From NCBI GenBank assembly GCA_963822585.1, contig CAWGIE010000047.1, positions 64,001 through 128,000 on the forward strand: a stretch of DNA of 64,000 nt, written 5' to 3'. A model generated the notes under the pieces. It worked only from the letters and a program-made list of their open reading frames with translations, searched no databases and was not told where the DNA came from. Numbering within the stretch: position 1 is the stretch's first letter; every line of letters begins with the position of its first letter. Shown in pieces: positions 1 through 10,044 of the stretch. The DNA comes from an uncultured bacterium (GTDB lineage: Bacteria > Auribacterota > Erginobacteria > Erginobacterales > Erginobacteraceae). The translations under genes were made by a program, and so were the position numbers.

Positions 1-123
1 GAAGGAGGACCGGAGCGGGCCGGTGTTGTCGTAATATGTTATAATGACAGAGGGAAGAAAACGTGAATAATTGATGAACGGTTCAAATTGCTCGGACGGT
101 TCAAATGGCTTGAACGGTTTGAA

Positions 124-1434
124 ATGAGAATCGCCTTCTCAGTCTGTGTGCTTCTCTTTGTTCTCTCCGTTCCCGCCCGGGCCGACGTCTACCGGTGGAC
201 GGATGATCAGGGAGGCGTCCATATCGGCAATGTGCCCCCGCCCGGCCTGGATAAAGGCAGGGTCGAGCGCCTCGCCGTCGGCGAATCCGCTTCTGCAGAA
301 AGCGCGCCCGAAAAGGAAAGCGTTGCCGCCCCCGCCGCCGTCATCATCCCAAACCCCCGGCCGGTTTCACCCTTCTTCGAAAAAACGGGCAGTGGGATGA
401 GGGAGAAGGTCAAAAAGTTCCCCGCGGTTCTCTCCTATCGGCAAGAAGGGGGCGGTGTGGCCCCCTATCTTGCCGACCTGGTTGCCCTGGCCCTGGCGGC
501 ACTCTTCGCCTATCGCGGGTACCGGCAGGGAACGCTGCTCACCGCGCTGGGCGCTTTGCGGGTGATCTGCGCTTACGCGGGGGCCTATCTCCTGGCCGGC
601 TTTCTGGGGAAACCGCTGCACCAGATATTCGGGTTGCTCAGGATAGTCTCCACCGTTATCGGCGGAGTGGCGGTTTTCCTGCTGATCGCCCTCGGCTTCC
701 GGATTGTTGTCGCTAAAATCCGCCGGAAGCGGAAGAAGCGGAAGCTGTCGCCGCCGAACGGCGTTCCGACTCTCCCCGACCGGATCGGGGGCGCCTCCAT
801 CGGTCTGCTCTGCGGGACGGTCGCGGCTTTCGTGCTCTGCTGGCTCTACAGCCTGGTCCGCGCCGGCTTTGCCGAGACCGGGCAGCCGGATATCGGTTCC
901 AGCGTGGCCGGCCGTTCCTCCCGTTACTGCATCGAGCAGGCGGTCTATACCGGGATCGAGGCGGTCGGAGGGGGGAGGGAGAGCGCCCGGCAGGTCGCCC
1001 GGCTGATCGGCGATCCCGGCCGGACCGTGGAGGATTTCCAGCGTCTGGTCCACATCCCCGCCTTCACGGCCCTGATGAACAGCCCCACTTTCCGGGACGA
1101 CTTTCTCTCCGGGGATTACCTGCGGATCCGCTATAACTACGCTCTCCAGCAGCTCTTCAACGACCGGTCTGCCGTCCATTACTTGAAAGAACTGGGGGTG
1201 CTGACGGATGACTACCGATCCCCCCGGTTCCAGGATAAGCTGGCGGCAGACCTGGCCGGGGCCGGGAGAAGGATGCGGGAAGCGATGAACGACCCCGGTC
1301 TCTCCCGTGCCGTGGAGGAGCTGAGAAGAGAGGGGCTTTTTGAATCCGCCCGAATCCCCCGGTTGATTCTGGATACCCGTTTTCTAAAGATTGTCGACCG
1401 GGTCATGGCTCCGGTAACTGCCGCCGCTCGCTGA
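124..1434 (+). CDS. Membrane protein: signal peptide, DUF4124-like N-terminus, CvpA (colicin V production)-like TM domain
   Basis: Signal peptide then ADVYRWTDDQGGVHIGNVPP (DUF4124-like); hydrophobic helices with AYRGYRQG and DRIGGASIGLLCG typical of CvpA. ATG 124 preferred to TTG 88. Confidence 0.65.
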   Translation: MRIAFSVCVLLFVLSVPARADVYRWTDDQGGVHIGNVPPPGLDKGRVERLAVGESASAESAPEKESVAAPAAVIIPNPRPVSPFFEKTGSGMREKVKKFPAVLSYRQEGGGVAPYLADLVALALAALFAYRGYRQGTLLTALGALRVICAYAGAYLLAGFLGKPLHQIFGLLRIVSTVIGGVAVFLLIALGFRIVVAKIRRKRKKRKLSPPNGVPTLPDRIGGASIGLLCGTVAAFVLCWLYSLVRAGFAETGQPDIGSSVAGRSSRYCIEQAVYTGIEAVGGGRESARQVARLIGDPGRTVEDFQRLVHIPAFTALMNSPTFRDDFLSGDYLRIRYNYALQQLFNDRSAVHYLKELGVLTDDYRSPRFQDKLAADLAGAGRRMREAMNDPGLSRAVEELRREGLFESARIPRLILDTRFLKIVDRVMAPVTAAAR

Positions 1435-1732
1435 ACCCCCCGCCCGCCACCGCATACCCTGGTGCTGTTCGACCCCCGGGAATCCCGAGAAATCGGCCGG
1501 GCTTCATACCGATGATTATCGCAAGTTTTCTTCCTATCATCCGGGATATTTTGATAGGATGGCGGCAGGCATGGAAAAGGAAATCCGCTCATCGATCAGG
1601 GCCGCGGCTCCGGGTGAGTTGCCGGGCGACAACGGTTGACCGGCGATCCGCGCGGTTTTTTTCTTTTCCAGGTATCGCGATTCTCGCCCTCCGCGATGCA
1701 AATCGTTTCGAGGCCATGCTCCCGGGAGAGAG

Positions 1733-3199
1733 ATGATGTCCGCTGAAGAACAACGGCTGCTGGAAATGGAGAAAAAAGTTAAGCTTTTGGAGGAGAAACT
1801 TCTCTGGTTCTCCCGTGCCGTCGAGCAGAGTCCCAGCACGGTGATGATCACCGATACGAAGGGAACGATCGTATACGTGAATCCCAAGTTCCGGTCCCTG
1901 ACCGGCTACACCGCCGAAGAGGTGATCGGGAAGAACCCCCGCATACTGAAATCGGGCGAGCAGCCGCAGGCCGTTTATCGGGGGATGTATGAAGCCGTGA
2001 CCTCCGGCCGGGAGTGGCGCGGTGAGTTCCATAACCGGAAAAAGAACGGCGAATACTACTGGGAGGCGGTCTCCATCTCTCCGCTCAAAAACTCCGCCGG
2101 GAAGATTACCCACTTTCTCGCGGTCAAGGAGGACATTACCGCCCGGAAACAGGCCGAAGAGAGCCTGGAAAGGGAGAATCAATTTAAAGAAGCCCTGTTG
2201 GCGACCATTCCGTTCGGGATAGAGATCGTCGACATGACCGGGAAGGTGCTCTTTTTAAATGACCGGCTGCGGAAGGAATTCGGGGAGGGGGCCGTCGGCA
2301 AAAAATGCTGGGAGCTCTATCGGGATAACCGGAAGATGTGCGAGGGCTGCCCCCTGGTGAAAGGCCTGGCACTGGGCGAGACCGAGGCGAACGAGGTCGA
2401 GGGCTGCTTCGGAGGCCGGGCGGTGAAGATCAGCCATACCGGGATGATGTATCAGGGGGAACCGGCCGTACTCGAGGTCTTCGAAGATGTGACCGCCCGC
2501 AAGCGAATCGATAGATTGAAAGATGAATACGTGAGAAATGTCTCCCATGAACTGAATACGCCTTTAACCATTATGCGGCAGGGGATCAGCCAGGTGCTGG
2601 ACGGGATCGTGCATGATCAGGACGAGGTCCTCTCGATCGTCCTTGACGAAGTCGATCGTCTGACCCGGATGATTAACAACATGCTCGACCTTTCCCGGAT
2701 TGAAGCCGGTAAATTGTTCCTGGAAAAGTCGCGTCTGGATTTAAACGACCTGGTAGCCGAAAGAGTGGGGAAGTTTAAAAGAATCGCGGGGGAAAAGAAG
2801 CTGTCTCTGGAAAAGGCATTGGCTCACGGTGCTCTGGATGTGTATGCGGACCCGGATAAGATAGATGAGGTCTTAATCAACCTGATCGGGAACGCGTTGA
2901 AGTATACACCGCCGGGGGGCATGATCCGGGTAATGACGAAACGGCAGGGGAAGACCGTGGAATGCAGTGTCGCCGACACGGGGGTCGGCATCGCCCCCGG
3001 AAACCTGAACTTAATTTTTAACAAGTATCATCAGGTTGCCGCCCCGCTCGATCCCGGCGCCAAGGGGATCGGTTTGGGGTTGGTGATAGCGAAAGAACTG
3101 ATCGAGATGCACGGCGGCCGGATCTGGGCTGAGGGTAAAGAAGGGCGGGGTTCCCGGTTTACTTTCACCCTTCCGGTGGTGGACAAAGATAAGAAATGA
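1733..3199 (+). CDS. Cytoplasmic PAS-PAS sensor histidine kinase
   Basis: PAS/PAC (ITDTKGTIVYVNPKF...GKNPRILKSG), H-box VSHELNTPL, N-box NLIGNALKY, G-boxes DTGVGI and GIGLGL. Confidence 0.93.
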   Translation: MMSAEEQRLLEMEKKVKLLEEKLLWFSRAVEQSPSTVMITDTKGTIVYVNPKFRSLTGYTAEEVIGKNPRILKSGEQPQAVYRGMYEAVTSGREWRGEFHNRKKNGEYYWEAVSISPLKNSAGKITHFLAVKEDITARKQAEESLERENQFKEALLATIPFGIEIVDMTGKVLFLNDRLRKEFGEGAVGKKCWELYRDNRKMCEGCPLVKGLALGETEANEVEGCFGGRAVKISHTGMMYQGEPAVLEVFEDVTARKRIDRLKDEYVRNVSHELNTPLTIMRQGISQVLDGIVHDQDEVLSIVLDEVDRLTRMINNMLDLSRIEAGKLFLEKSRLDLNDLVAERVGKFKRIAGEKKLSLEKALAHGALDVYADPDKIDEVLINLIGNALKYTPPGGMIRVMTKRQGKTVECSVADTGVGIAPGNLNLIFNKYHQVAAPLDPGAKGIGLGLVIAKELIEMHGGRIWAEGKEGRGSRFTFTLPVVDKDKK

Positions 3200-3359
3200 T
3201 GAAACCGGCAACGGATGTCTTTTCGTGTTGCCATTTTTTTTATCCTTGTTATTGTTGAAACTGGGAACCAGTACTCGGCCGGTCTCCTGGCCCGATGCAT
3301 GTCCGCCCGCCGGCGGACGGGAAGAAATCCGGTAAACCGTTTGTTGTCGAGAGAAGACG

Positions 3360-3833
3360 ATGAATACACCAGGCCCGAAAATACCAAGAAAGAAAGCGAT
3401 ACTGGTTGTCGAAGACGAGGAACAGGTGGCGAAACTGCTTCAAAACCGCCTGGCCTCCGCCGGATATGATGTCGGCTGGGTGGCGGAAGGAGACAAGGCG
3501 TTGCAAGTCGCCCGGCACGCGGCGCCCGATCTCATCCTGCTGGACGTTATGCTCCCGGGGATGAATGGATTTACGTTAGCCAAACTATTGAAGTGCGATA
3601 AGCGGTTCCGGCATATCCCCATCGTCATGTTGACGGCCCGCCGGTCCCCGGAAGATTTCCAAACCGGGGAAAATGTACACGCCGACGTTTATCTGACCAA
3701 GCCGTTCAAAGATGAGGTCCTCCTTCGGGTCATCAAGGAACAGCTGGAGAAAGCTCCCGCGAAAATAAGTAAAGCGGAAACACCCTCCGGCCCGCTCTGG
3801 GTTGACGGGATGACAGTGAGCAGTAACGAGTAG
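3360..3833 (+). CDS. Single-domain response regulator (receiver)
   Basis: ILVVEDE, PDLILLDVMLPGMNG, MLTA, YLTKPF motifs; follows the kinase. Confidence 0.92.
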   Translation: MNTPGPKIPRKKAILVVEDEEQVAKLLQNRLASAGYDVGWVAEGDKALQVARHAAPDLILLDVMLPGMNGFTLAKLLKCDKRFRHIPIVMLTARRSPEDFQTGENVHADVYLTKPFKDEVLLRVIKEQLEKAPAKISKAETPSGPLWVDGMTVSSNE

Positions 3834-4130
3834 CCCCCGCCGCCCCTTTTTGACCACTAAGACACAAAGACACTAAGATAAATAAAAAAAGATTTTATTT
3901 AACGCGCGCGAAGCGGTCCTCCAATTCCTACAATCCGTCTCGGGTGGAGATCCTGCCAGCGACGTGCCTCAACCCGGAGCGATACCGCGTTTACTACCAG
4001 CCGCTGCAAGCGGCGATACTACCGTTTCTCTAACTTTAGGCACTCTTTCTTCCACCACTCCAATACTCCGATACTCCATCACTCCCTGTTGTAAAACTTT
4101 AGACACTTCGAACTGATTACCGGTCACGGA

Positions 4131-5855
4131 TTACCGATTACTTTTCCCTATATACGGCCCCAGCACCATATCCCTGTATCCTTTCCCCGCCGGGATAACC
4201 GGGAATACCGCCTCATCCCGGTCGGTGACCGCTTCCAGGAAGCAGGGTCCGTCCGCGGCCAGGAACTCGTCCACGGCCTTCTCCAGCTCCCCGCGCTCAC
4301 TGATCTTGCGGTGCCAGGCGAAGCCGCACTCCCCGGCGATGTTGGCGAAGTTGGCGTCGAAGGAACGCTCGGTGGCGGTAAATCGGCGGTCATATGACCC
4401 GGCCTGGATCGTCCGCACCATCCCGTCGGCGAGGTTGTTGAGCAGCAGGACCTTGATCGGAATGCCCAGGGAGCCGATGGTGTGGATCTCGCCCATGTTC
4501 ATCCGGATGCTCCCGTCCCCGTCGATGGCGATCACCCGGGCCGCTGGATCGGCGAAGTGAACGCCGATAGCGGCCGGGAGCGAGAAGCCCATGGTCCCGA
4601 AGGCCCCCGGGGTCATGAAGGACTTCGGCCGGGCCATGCGCAGGTACTGGGCGGCCAGCATCTGGTGCTGGCCGACGCCGGTGGTGACCTTGGTCTTCTC
4701 CGTCATCCGGCGGGAGAGGAGGTCCATCACTTCGGCGGCCTGGATCTTGGCCGCCCGGCGGTTATAGTTGAGCGGGAAAGAATGCTTCAGCTCCGCCGCC
4801 CGCTCCTGCCAGGGGCCGATCTTCAGGGCGACCGGGTTGCGGCGCGCGTAGGTGAGCAGGTCTTCCAGGACCGTGCAGGCGTCGCCGATGAAGGAAAACT
4901 TCGGGTATCGGGTGGCCCGCACCTCCTGCACCTTCTCGGCGTTGATGTCGATGTAGGCGATATCGGCGTTGAGCCCGGATTCGCCCACCTTCTGCGCCAC
5001 CCGGTCATTCCAGCGGACGCCGAAGGCGACGAAGAGGTCCGTCTCCTGAATGGCCATGTTCGCGTAGGGGGTGCCGAACATCCCCAGCATCCCCAGGGAG
5101 GTGTCGAGCGATTCGTCGAGCACTCCCTTGGCCATCAGACTGATGATGGAGGGGATATTGAAGAGCCGGTTGAACTCGCGGATCCTCCGGCTTCCGCCTT
5201 CCGAGTTGAGACCGCCGCCGATGTAAAGGAGGGGCCGCTTCGAGTTCCGTAAAAGATCAAAAAACTGGCGGCACTGGTTCTCGCCCAGGTGCGATTCCTG
5301 GTCGTACTTGCGCCGGCAGCGTTCGATCTCCGTGCCCTGGTACAGTCCTTCCCCTCTCTGGATGTCGAAAGGGAAGTCGATTACTACCGGTCCCGGCTTC
5401 CCCGAACGGGAGTAGAAATAGGCGTCCTTGACCGCCTGCTCGATCTTCGACCCGTCGGTGAGCTGGATCACTTTCTTCGCTGCCTTGGAGAAGACCTCCC
5501 GGACGTTGATGTGCTGGAATTCGTCGGTATTGAGCCGGCTCTGCTGCACCTGCCCGGCGAAGACCAGCAGGGGCACCGAGTCGTTGAAGGAGTCGGCCAC
5601 CGCCGTCAGCGTGTTCGTGATCGCGGGGCCCGAGGTCACCACCGCCACCCCCACCCGGTCGCTGGAGCGGGAGTAGCCGGCGGCGCTGAAAGCGCTCGAC
5701 TGCTCGTTGGCGTTGACGGTGATCGCGATCGGGCTCTGTCCCAGTGCGTGAAAAACCGGCAAAATCGCCGCTCCGGTGTAGCCGAAGACCCGCGTTACCT
5801 CCAGGTCCTGGAGGCTTTTCACCATCACATCGGCGCCGTTCATTTTTTCCTGCAT
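4131..5855 (-). CDS. ilvB: Acetolactate synthase large subunit (TPP-dependent)
   Basis: TSGPAITN, GMLGMFG, TGVGQHQM, GTMGFSLPAAIG and GDG...NN TPP motif. Confidence 0.85.
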   Translation of the reverse strand: MQEKMNGADVMVKSLQDLEVTRVFGYTGAAILPVFHALGQSPIAITVNANEQSSAFSAAGYSRSSDRVGVAVVTSGPAITNTLTAVADSFNDSVPLLVFAGQVQQSRLNTDEFQHINVREVFSKAAKKVIQLTDGSKIEQAVKDAYFYSRSGKPGPVVIDFPFDIQRGEGLYQGTEIERCRRKYDQESHLGENQCRQFFDLLRNSKRPLLYIGGGLNSEGGSRRIREFNRLFNIPSIISLMAKGVLDESLDTSLGMLGMFGTPYANMAIQETDLFVAFGVRWNDRVAQKVGESGLNADIAYIDINAEKVQEVRATRYPKFSFIGDACTVLEDLLTYARRNPVALKIGPWQERAAELKHSFPLNYNRRAAKIQAAEVMDLLSRRMTEKTKVTTGVGQHQMLAAQYLRMARPKSFMTPGAFGTMGFSLPAAIGVHFADPAARVIAIDGDGSIRMNMGEIHTIGSLGIPIKVLLLNNLADGMVRTIQAGSYDRRFTATERSFDANFANIAGECGFAWHRKISERGELEKAVDEFLAADGPCFLEAVTDRDEAVFPVIPAGKGYRDMVLGPYIGKSNR

Positions 5856-6379
5856 GCTCTTCCTCCTGTTATTTTTCCCCCTCTCATCTTCTACTCCTCT
5901 TTCCCCTCCCGGAAAAGCTCTTTTTCCTCCCCGCCTCCCCCCCCCTTTATTAAACTACGAATTACGCGAAACTTGTCCTGAGCGTAGCCGAAGGATTACA
6001 CGAAATGTCCCCCCGCCTCCCCCCCTTCAATAACCACTAAGACACAAAGACACTAAGGAAAATATACACGTTACTACGGATGCCGTTCGACGGTAAACGT
6101 TCGACGTTCGACGTTCAGCTTTTATCCTTGTCCGTATCCCTGCCTTTATGCAACTTCTCGTAACCTTTCGTAACCTCTCGTAACCTCTCGTAACTTCTCT
6201 TCTCTGTTGAGCGTTCAGTTTTCCCCTGCCACCGATCACCGATCACTGATTACCGATTACTGATCACCGTCGCCCCGTTCGACGTTCGAAGTTGGACGTT
6301 CAACGTTCGACGTTCATCATTTACGCCTTTCCTAACTCCCCCGTTGCCTTACCCGGGGGTATAACGGTAGTATCGGGAG

Positions 6380-8203
6380 ATGGAAAAAATCCATGATATC
6401 AAAAGCATCCTGAAAAAGTACTGGGGTTTCGACACCTACCTTCCCCTCCAGGAAGAGGCGATCGCCTCCGTCCTCTCCGGCCGCGACTCCATCGTCGTCC
6501 TCCCCACCGGGGGAGGAAAGTCCCTTTGTTTCCAGGCTCCGGCCCTGGCCCTGGAGGGGTTAGCGGTGATCGTCTCCCCGCTGATCTCCCTGATGAAAGA
6601 CCAGGTCGACGCTCTGGGCGAGTGGGGGGTGCCGGCGGCCCGGATCGATAGCACCGTCTCCGGCCGGGAAAAGTCGGAGGCCTTTTCCCGGATCCGCCAG
6701 GGCGCCATCAAGATGCTCTATCTCTCCCCGGAACGGGTGATGACGGAAGGATTCATCGATTTCCTCCGGGATACCGAACTTTCCTTCATCGCCATCGACG
6801 AGGCTCACTGCATCAGCCACTGGGGCCATGACTTCCGCCCCGAGTATCGACAATTGGGAAGACTCCGAGAAATCTTCACCGGGGTCGGGATCCATGCCTA
6901 TACCGCCACCGCCACCGAACCGGTCCGGAAGGATATCGCCCGCCAGCTCAACCTGAAAGATCCGGAAGTCCTGGTCGGGTCCTTCGACCGCCCCAACCTG
7001 ATCTACCGGGGACGCTTCCGGACCGACCGCCTCCGGCAGGTCAAAAAAATCATCGACCGCCATCCGGGGGAGTCGGGGATCGTCTACTGCATCCGGAGAA
7101 AAGACGTCGATGACCTCTGCGCCTCTCTCCGGGCGGAAGGCTGCCGGGCCGCCCCCTATCACGCCGGGATGACCGACGGCGACCGCAAGCGGAGCCAGGA
7201 CGATTTCATCGAGGAGAAGGCGGATATCATCGTGGCCACGATCGCTTTTGGTATGGGGATCGATAAATCCAACGTCCGCTACGTTATCCACGCCGGGATG
7301 CCCAAGTCGCTGGAGCATTACCAGCAGGAGAGCGGCCGCGCCGGCCGCGACGGCCTGGAAGCCGAGTGTATTTTGTTTTATTCGGGCGGCGATTACGCCG
7401 TCTGGAAGGGGTTGATGAGAGATATGCAGCCCGAGGTGCGGCAGGCCGCCGAAGAGAAGCTCAACCGGATCTACGACTACTGCACCGGGATTACCTGCCG
7501 CCATCGGTCCCTGCTGGAGTATTTCGGCCAGACCCTGGGCAAGGACAACTGCGGAGCCTGCGACGTCTGTCTCGATGAACTGCAGCTGCACGACGATCCC
7601 CTGGTTGCCTCCCAGAAGATTCTCTCTTGCGTCGTCCGTCTCCAGGAGAGATTCGGGGCCGATTATACCGCCCAGGTCCTGACCGGTTCCCGGGATCGGC
7701 GGATCCTGGAAAACGGCCATGACGATTTGAGCACCTACGGCCTTCTCTCCGACTATCCCCACCCGGCGGTCCGGGCCTGGATCGAGCAGCTGGCCGCCCA
7801 GGGATATATCGATAAAAGTCCCGACTATTCCGTCCTCAGCGTCACCCCCGCCGGCTGGCGGGTGATGCGGGGCGAAGAGGTCCCCCGCCTTCTCCGTCCC
7901 CCGGAGAAGAAAGCCCGCGCCGCCGTCTCCCGGGCGGTCAGGGACTCCTGGGAAGGGGTGGACCGGGGCCTCTTCGAGGCTTTGAGGGAACTGCGCCGGA
8001 AGATCGCCGACGAGAAGAACGTCCCCGCCTATATCGTTTTCGGCGACGCCGCCCTCCGGGACATGGCCCGGAAGCGCCCCTCGACCCGGATCAACTTCCT
8101 CACGGTCCATGGGGTAGGGGAGAGGAAGTGCGAGCAGTATGGAGACGACTTCCTTGACCTGATCAAGGATTACTGCGTCTCCCACGGCCTCGCCGTCGAT
8201 TGA
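6380..8203 (+). CDS. recQ: DNA helicase RecQ
   Basis: PTGGGKSLCFQ, DEAHCISHWGHDFRPEY, YQQESGRAGRDG, Zn cysteines, RQC and HRDC regions. Confidence 0.96.
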   Translation: MEKIHDIKSILKKYWGFDTYLPLQEEAIASVLSGRDSIVVLPTGGGKSLCFQAPALALEGLAVIVSPLISLMKDQVDALGEWGVPAARIDSTVSGREKSEAFSRIRQGAIKMLYLSPERVMTEGFIDFLRDTELSFIAIDEAHCISHWGHDFRPEYRQLGRLREIFTGVGIHAYTATATEPVRKDIARQLNLKDPEVLVGSFDRPNLIYRGRFRTDRLRQVKKIIDRHPGESGIVYCIRRKDVDDLCASLRAEGCRAAPYHAGMTDGDRKRSQDDFIEEKADIIVATIAFGMGIDKSNVRYVIHAGMPKSLEHYQQESGRAGRDGLEAECILFYSGGDYAVWKGLMRDMQPEVRQAAEEKLNRIYDYCTGITCRHRSLLEYFGQTLGKDNCGACDVCLDELQLHDDPLVASQKILSCVVRLQERFGADYTAQVLTGSRDRRILENGHDDLSTYGLLSDYPHPAVRAWIEQLAAQGYIDKSPDYSVLSVTPAGWRVMRGEEVPRLLRPPEKKARAAVSRAVRDSWEGVDRGLFEALRELRRKIADEKNVPAYIVFGDAALRDMARKRPSTRINFLTVHGVGERKCEQYGDDFLDLIKDYCVSHGLAVD

Positions 8204-8376
8204 ACGTTGAGCGTTGAATGGTGGAAGTTGAACGTTCAGTCTTTCCCGCGGGATCTTCGATTTTTCGGGTCGAAGTTTATTTTTCCCCGGAGCGGACGGC
8301 GGCGAAGGCCGGGTGCGGGGAAGCGTTGAACGTTGAGCGTTGAATGTTGGAAGTTGAACGTTCAGTTTTTCCCGCC

Positions 8377-9687
8377 TGTACGGACGGATTGATTGGTAAC
8401 ACTTTAAACCGGGCTGATAGGTAACACTTTTAGAGTTTTCCTCGTTTGTAAACGGTGGGTCTTAATCCGCCATTATCGCAATCATAAAGCTTACCCAGCA
8501 AGATAGGTCCGAAATATACATCATGTCCAGTATCTTCTGATTCCTTGACGCCTACTAGATGCCCAACCAAGGATTCTCCTACGAACCTTTTACGACTTTT
8601 CCACCTGATCTCCCCATTACTTCGGACTCTTCGAATATGATATGTTTCAGGGTACTGAGGTTCTTCTATGGAGCTTGTGTATTCCCGGGAGGAGTATCTA
8701 TAGAGACGCGCCGGAACTTCCATATTCAAGGCTTCATGAGGCCTCTCTGTATTAAATTCCTCTCTCCAACGGTTGAATCTACGTTGTTGGGTCCGTCGAT
8801 TAGCGCCCGGTGGCTTAGTCGTTTCCGCTTTGAGCGTTCTATGCATCCGCTCATGTATTCCGTTTTGCTCAGGATGGCCTGGATCTATCAACTCCGGCAC
8901 AATACCGAGTAATACCCACCATATGCTCAGCCGCGACAGCCCTGCTGCTCCACGCGAAGCAAAAGGGGAACCATTATCACTCCGTATTACTTCAGGCAGT
9001 CCATAGTGCCCGAATAGCCACTTAAATACTGGCTTTACATCATCGTGCTTCTGCGAAAGGAGGGCATCGCATGATAATACATAGCGGCTGTACAGATCGC
9101 TTACCGTCAGCGGTTCACAACGGCACCCATCACCTGTCCGGAACCATCCTTTGAAGTCTACCGCCCATACCTGATTCGGTCGGTTAGCTTCAGTGAGGAC
9201 TCCCTTGGGCATAAATGTCCGTCTTCGTTTCTTCCGTTTTTTCTTTATCAGTCCGGCCTGATCGAGGATTCTTCCAATTGTACTCGCCGCTGGAAGATAC
9301 CCTCCACCGGTTTTCCTCTTAAGCCGCTCCCGGATCTTCTTTGGTCCCCAGGTTGGATGTTTCAAACGCTCCGCGACTAACAGTCGCTGAACGGTCAGAA
9401 TTGTTTCGTGCGGGCAGCTATGGGGTCGATGACTCCTCTCCCTTAGTCCCTCTAGCCCATATGCCTTATAACGGCTTAACCATTTATACCCCGTCTTGCG
9501 GCTAACACCGAAATAACGGCATAATGTGGCTATTGAATATTCATTATCATTGTACTTCAGAACAAATCGAATTCTCTCTTCCATAGGTAACACCTTTCTC
9601 CAGCCCATAGAAATCACCTCCATGAGCTGTATTGTAGGTGTTACCTATCAACCCGGTCTATTCTGTTACCCATCAACCCGTGTTATA
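8377..9687 (-). mobile_element. IS481-family insertion sequence, apparently complete
   Basis: About 50-bp imperfect inverted ends (8377-8427 and 9638-9687) with internal GGTAACA repeats; 6-bp direct repeat CCCGCC at 8371-8376 and 9688-9693; lower GC than flanks. Confidence 0.85.
8430..9623 (-). CDS. IS481-family DDE transposase
   Basis: N-terminal HTH (FGVSRKTGYKWLSRY), WAVDFKG, IRSDNGSPF, PEQNGIHERMHRTLK. Confidence 0.93.
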   Translation of the reverse strand: MEVISMGWRKVLPMEERIRFVLKYNDNEYSIATLCRYFGVSRKTGYKWLSRYKAYGLEGLRERSHRPHSCPHETILTVQRLLVAERLKHPTWGPKKIRERLKRKTGGGYLPAASTIGRILDQAGLIKKKRKKRRRTFMPKGVLTEANRPNQVWAVDFKGWFRTGDGCRCEPLTVSDLYSRYVLSCDALLSQKHDDVKPVFKWLFGHYGLPEVIRSDNGSPFASRGAAGLSRLSIWWVLLGIVPELIDPGHPEQNGIHERMHRTLKAETTKPPGANRRTQQRRFNRWREEFNTERPHEALNMEVPARLYRYSSREYTSSIEEPQYPETYHIRRVRSNGEIRWKSRKRFVGESLVGHLVGVKESEDTGHDVYFGPILLGKLYDCDNGGLRPTVYKRGKL

Positions 9688-10044
9688 CCCGCCCATTTCC
9701 CTCTCCCCCCCGGGGGAGAGGGCGATCGAGCGAAGCTCGATCGGGTGAGGGGGCGCCGTTCGCCGTTCATTGTTTCCCCCGCACTTTCCCTGTATCTTAT
9801 CCCATCCCATTTGCTATAATGCGATGGTTCGATCGTAACTGTCGCCGGCCTTTCCCGGATAAGCCGGAGGAAAGGTCGGGAGAAAACGAGCTGACTTTCC
9901 TTAACTTTTTTATCTTCCTTGGCCCTGGGCGCAGTTGAAGGGAGAAAATGGCAGGGTGAGGGGAAATCGTTGAACGTTCGGTTTTATTCCACCACTTCGG
10001 ATAGGTGACTTTTAACCCCCGTCTTCTCTTCCTCCCGACCTCTC

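Noticed and set aside
9780..10040. Structured RNA or riboswitch upstream of typA, and at 16800-16950
   Set aside because: Hairpins exist but I recognise no family motif; no tRNA or rRNA was seen in the window.
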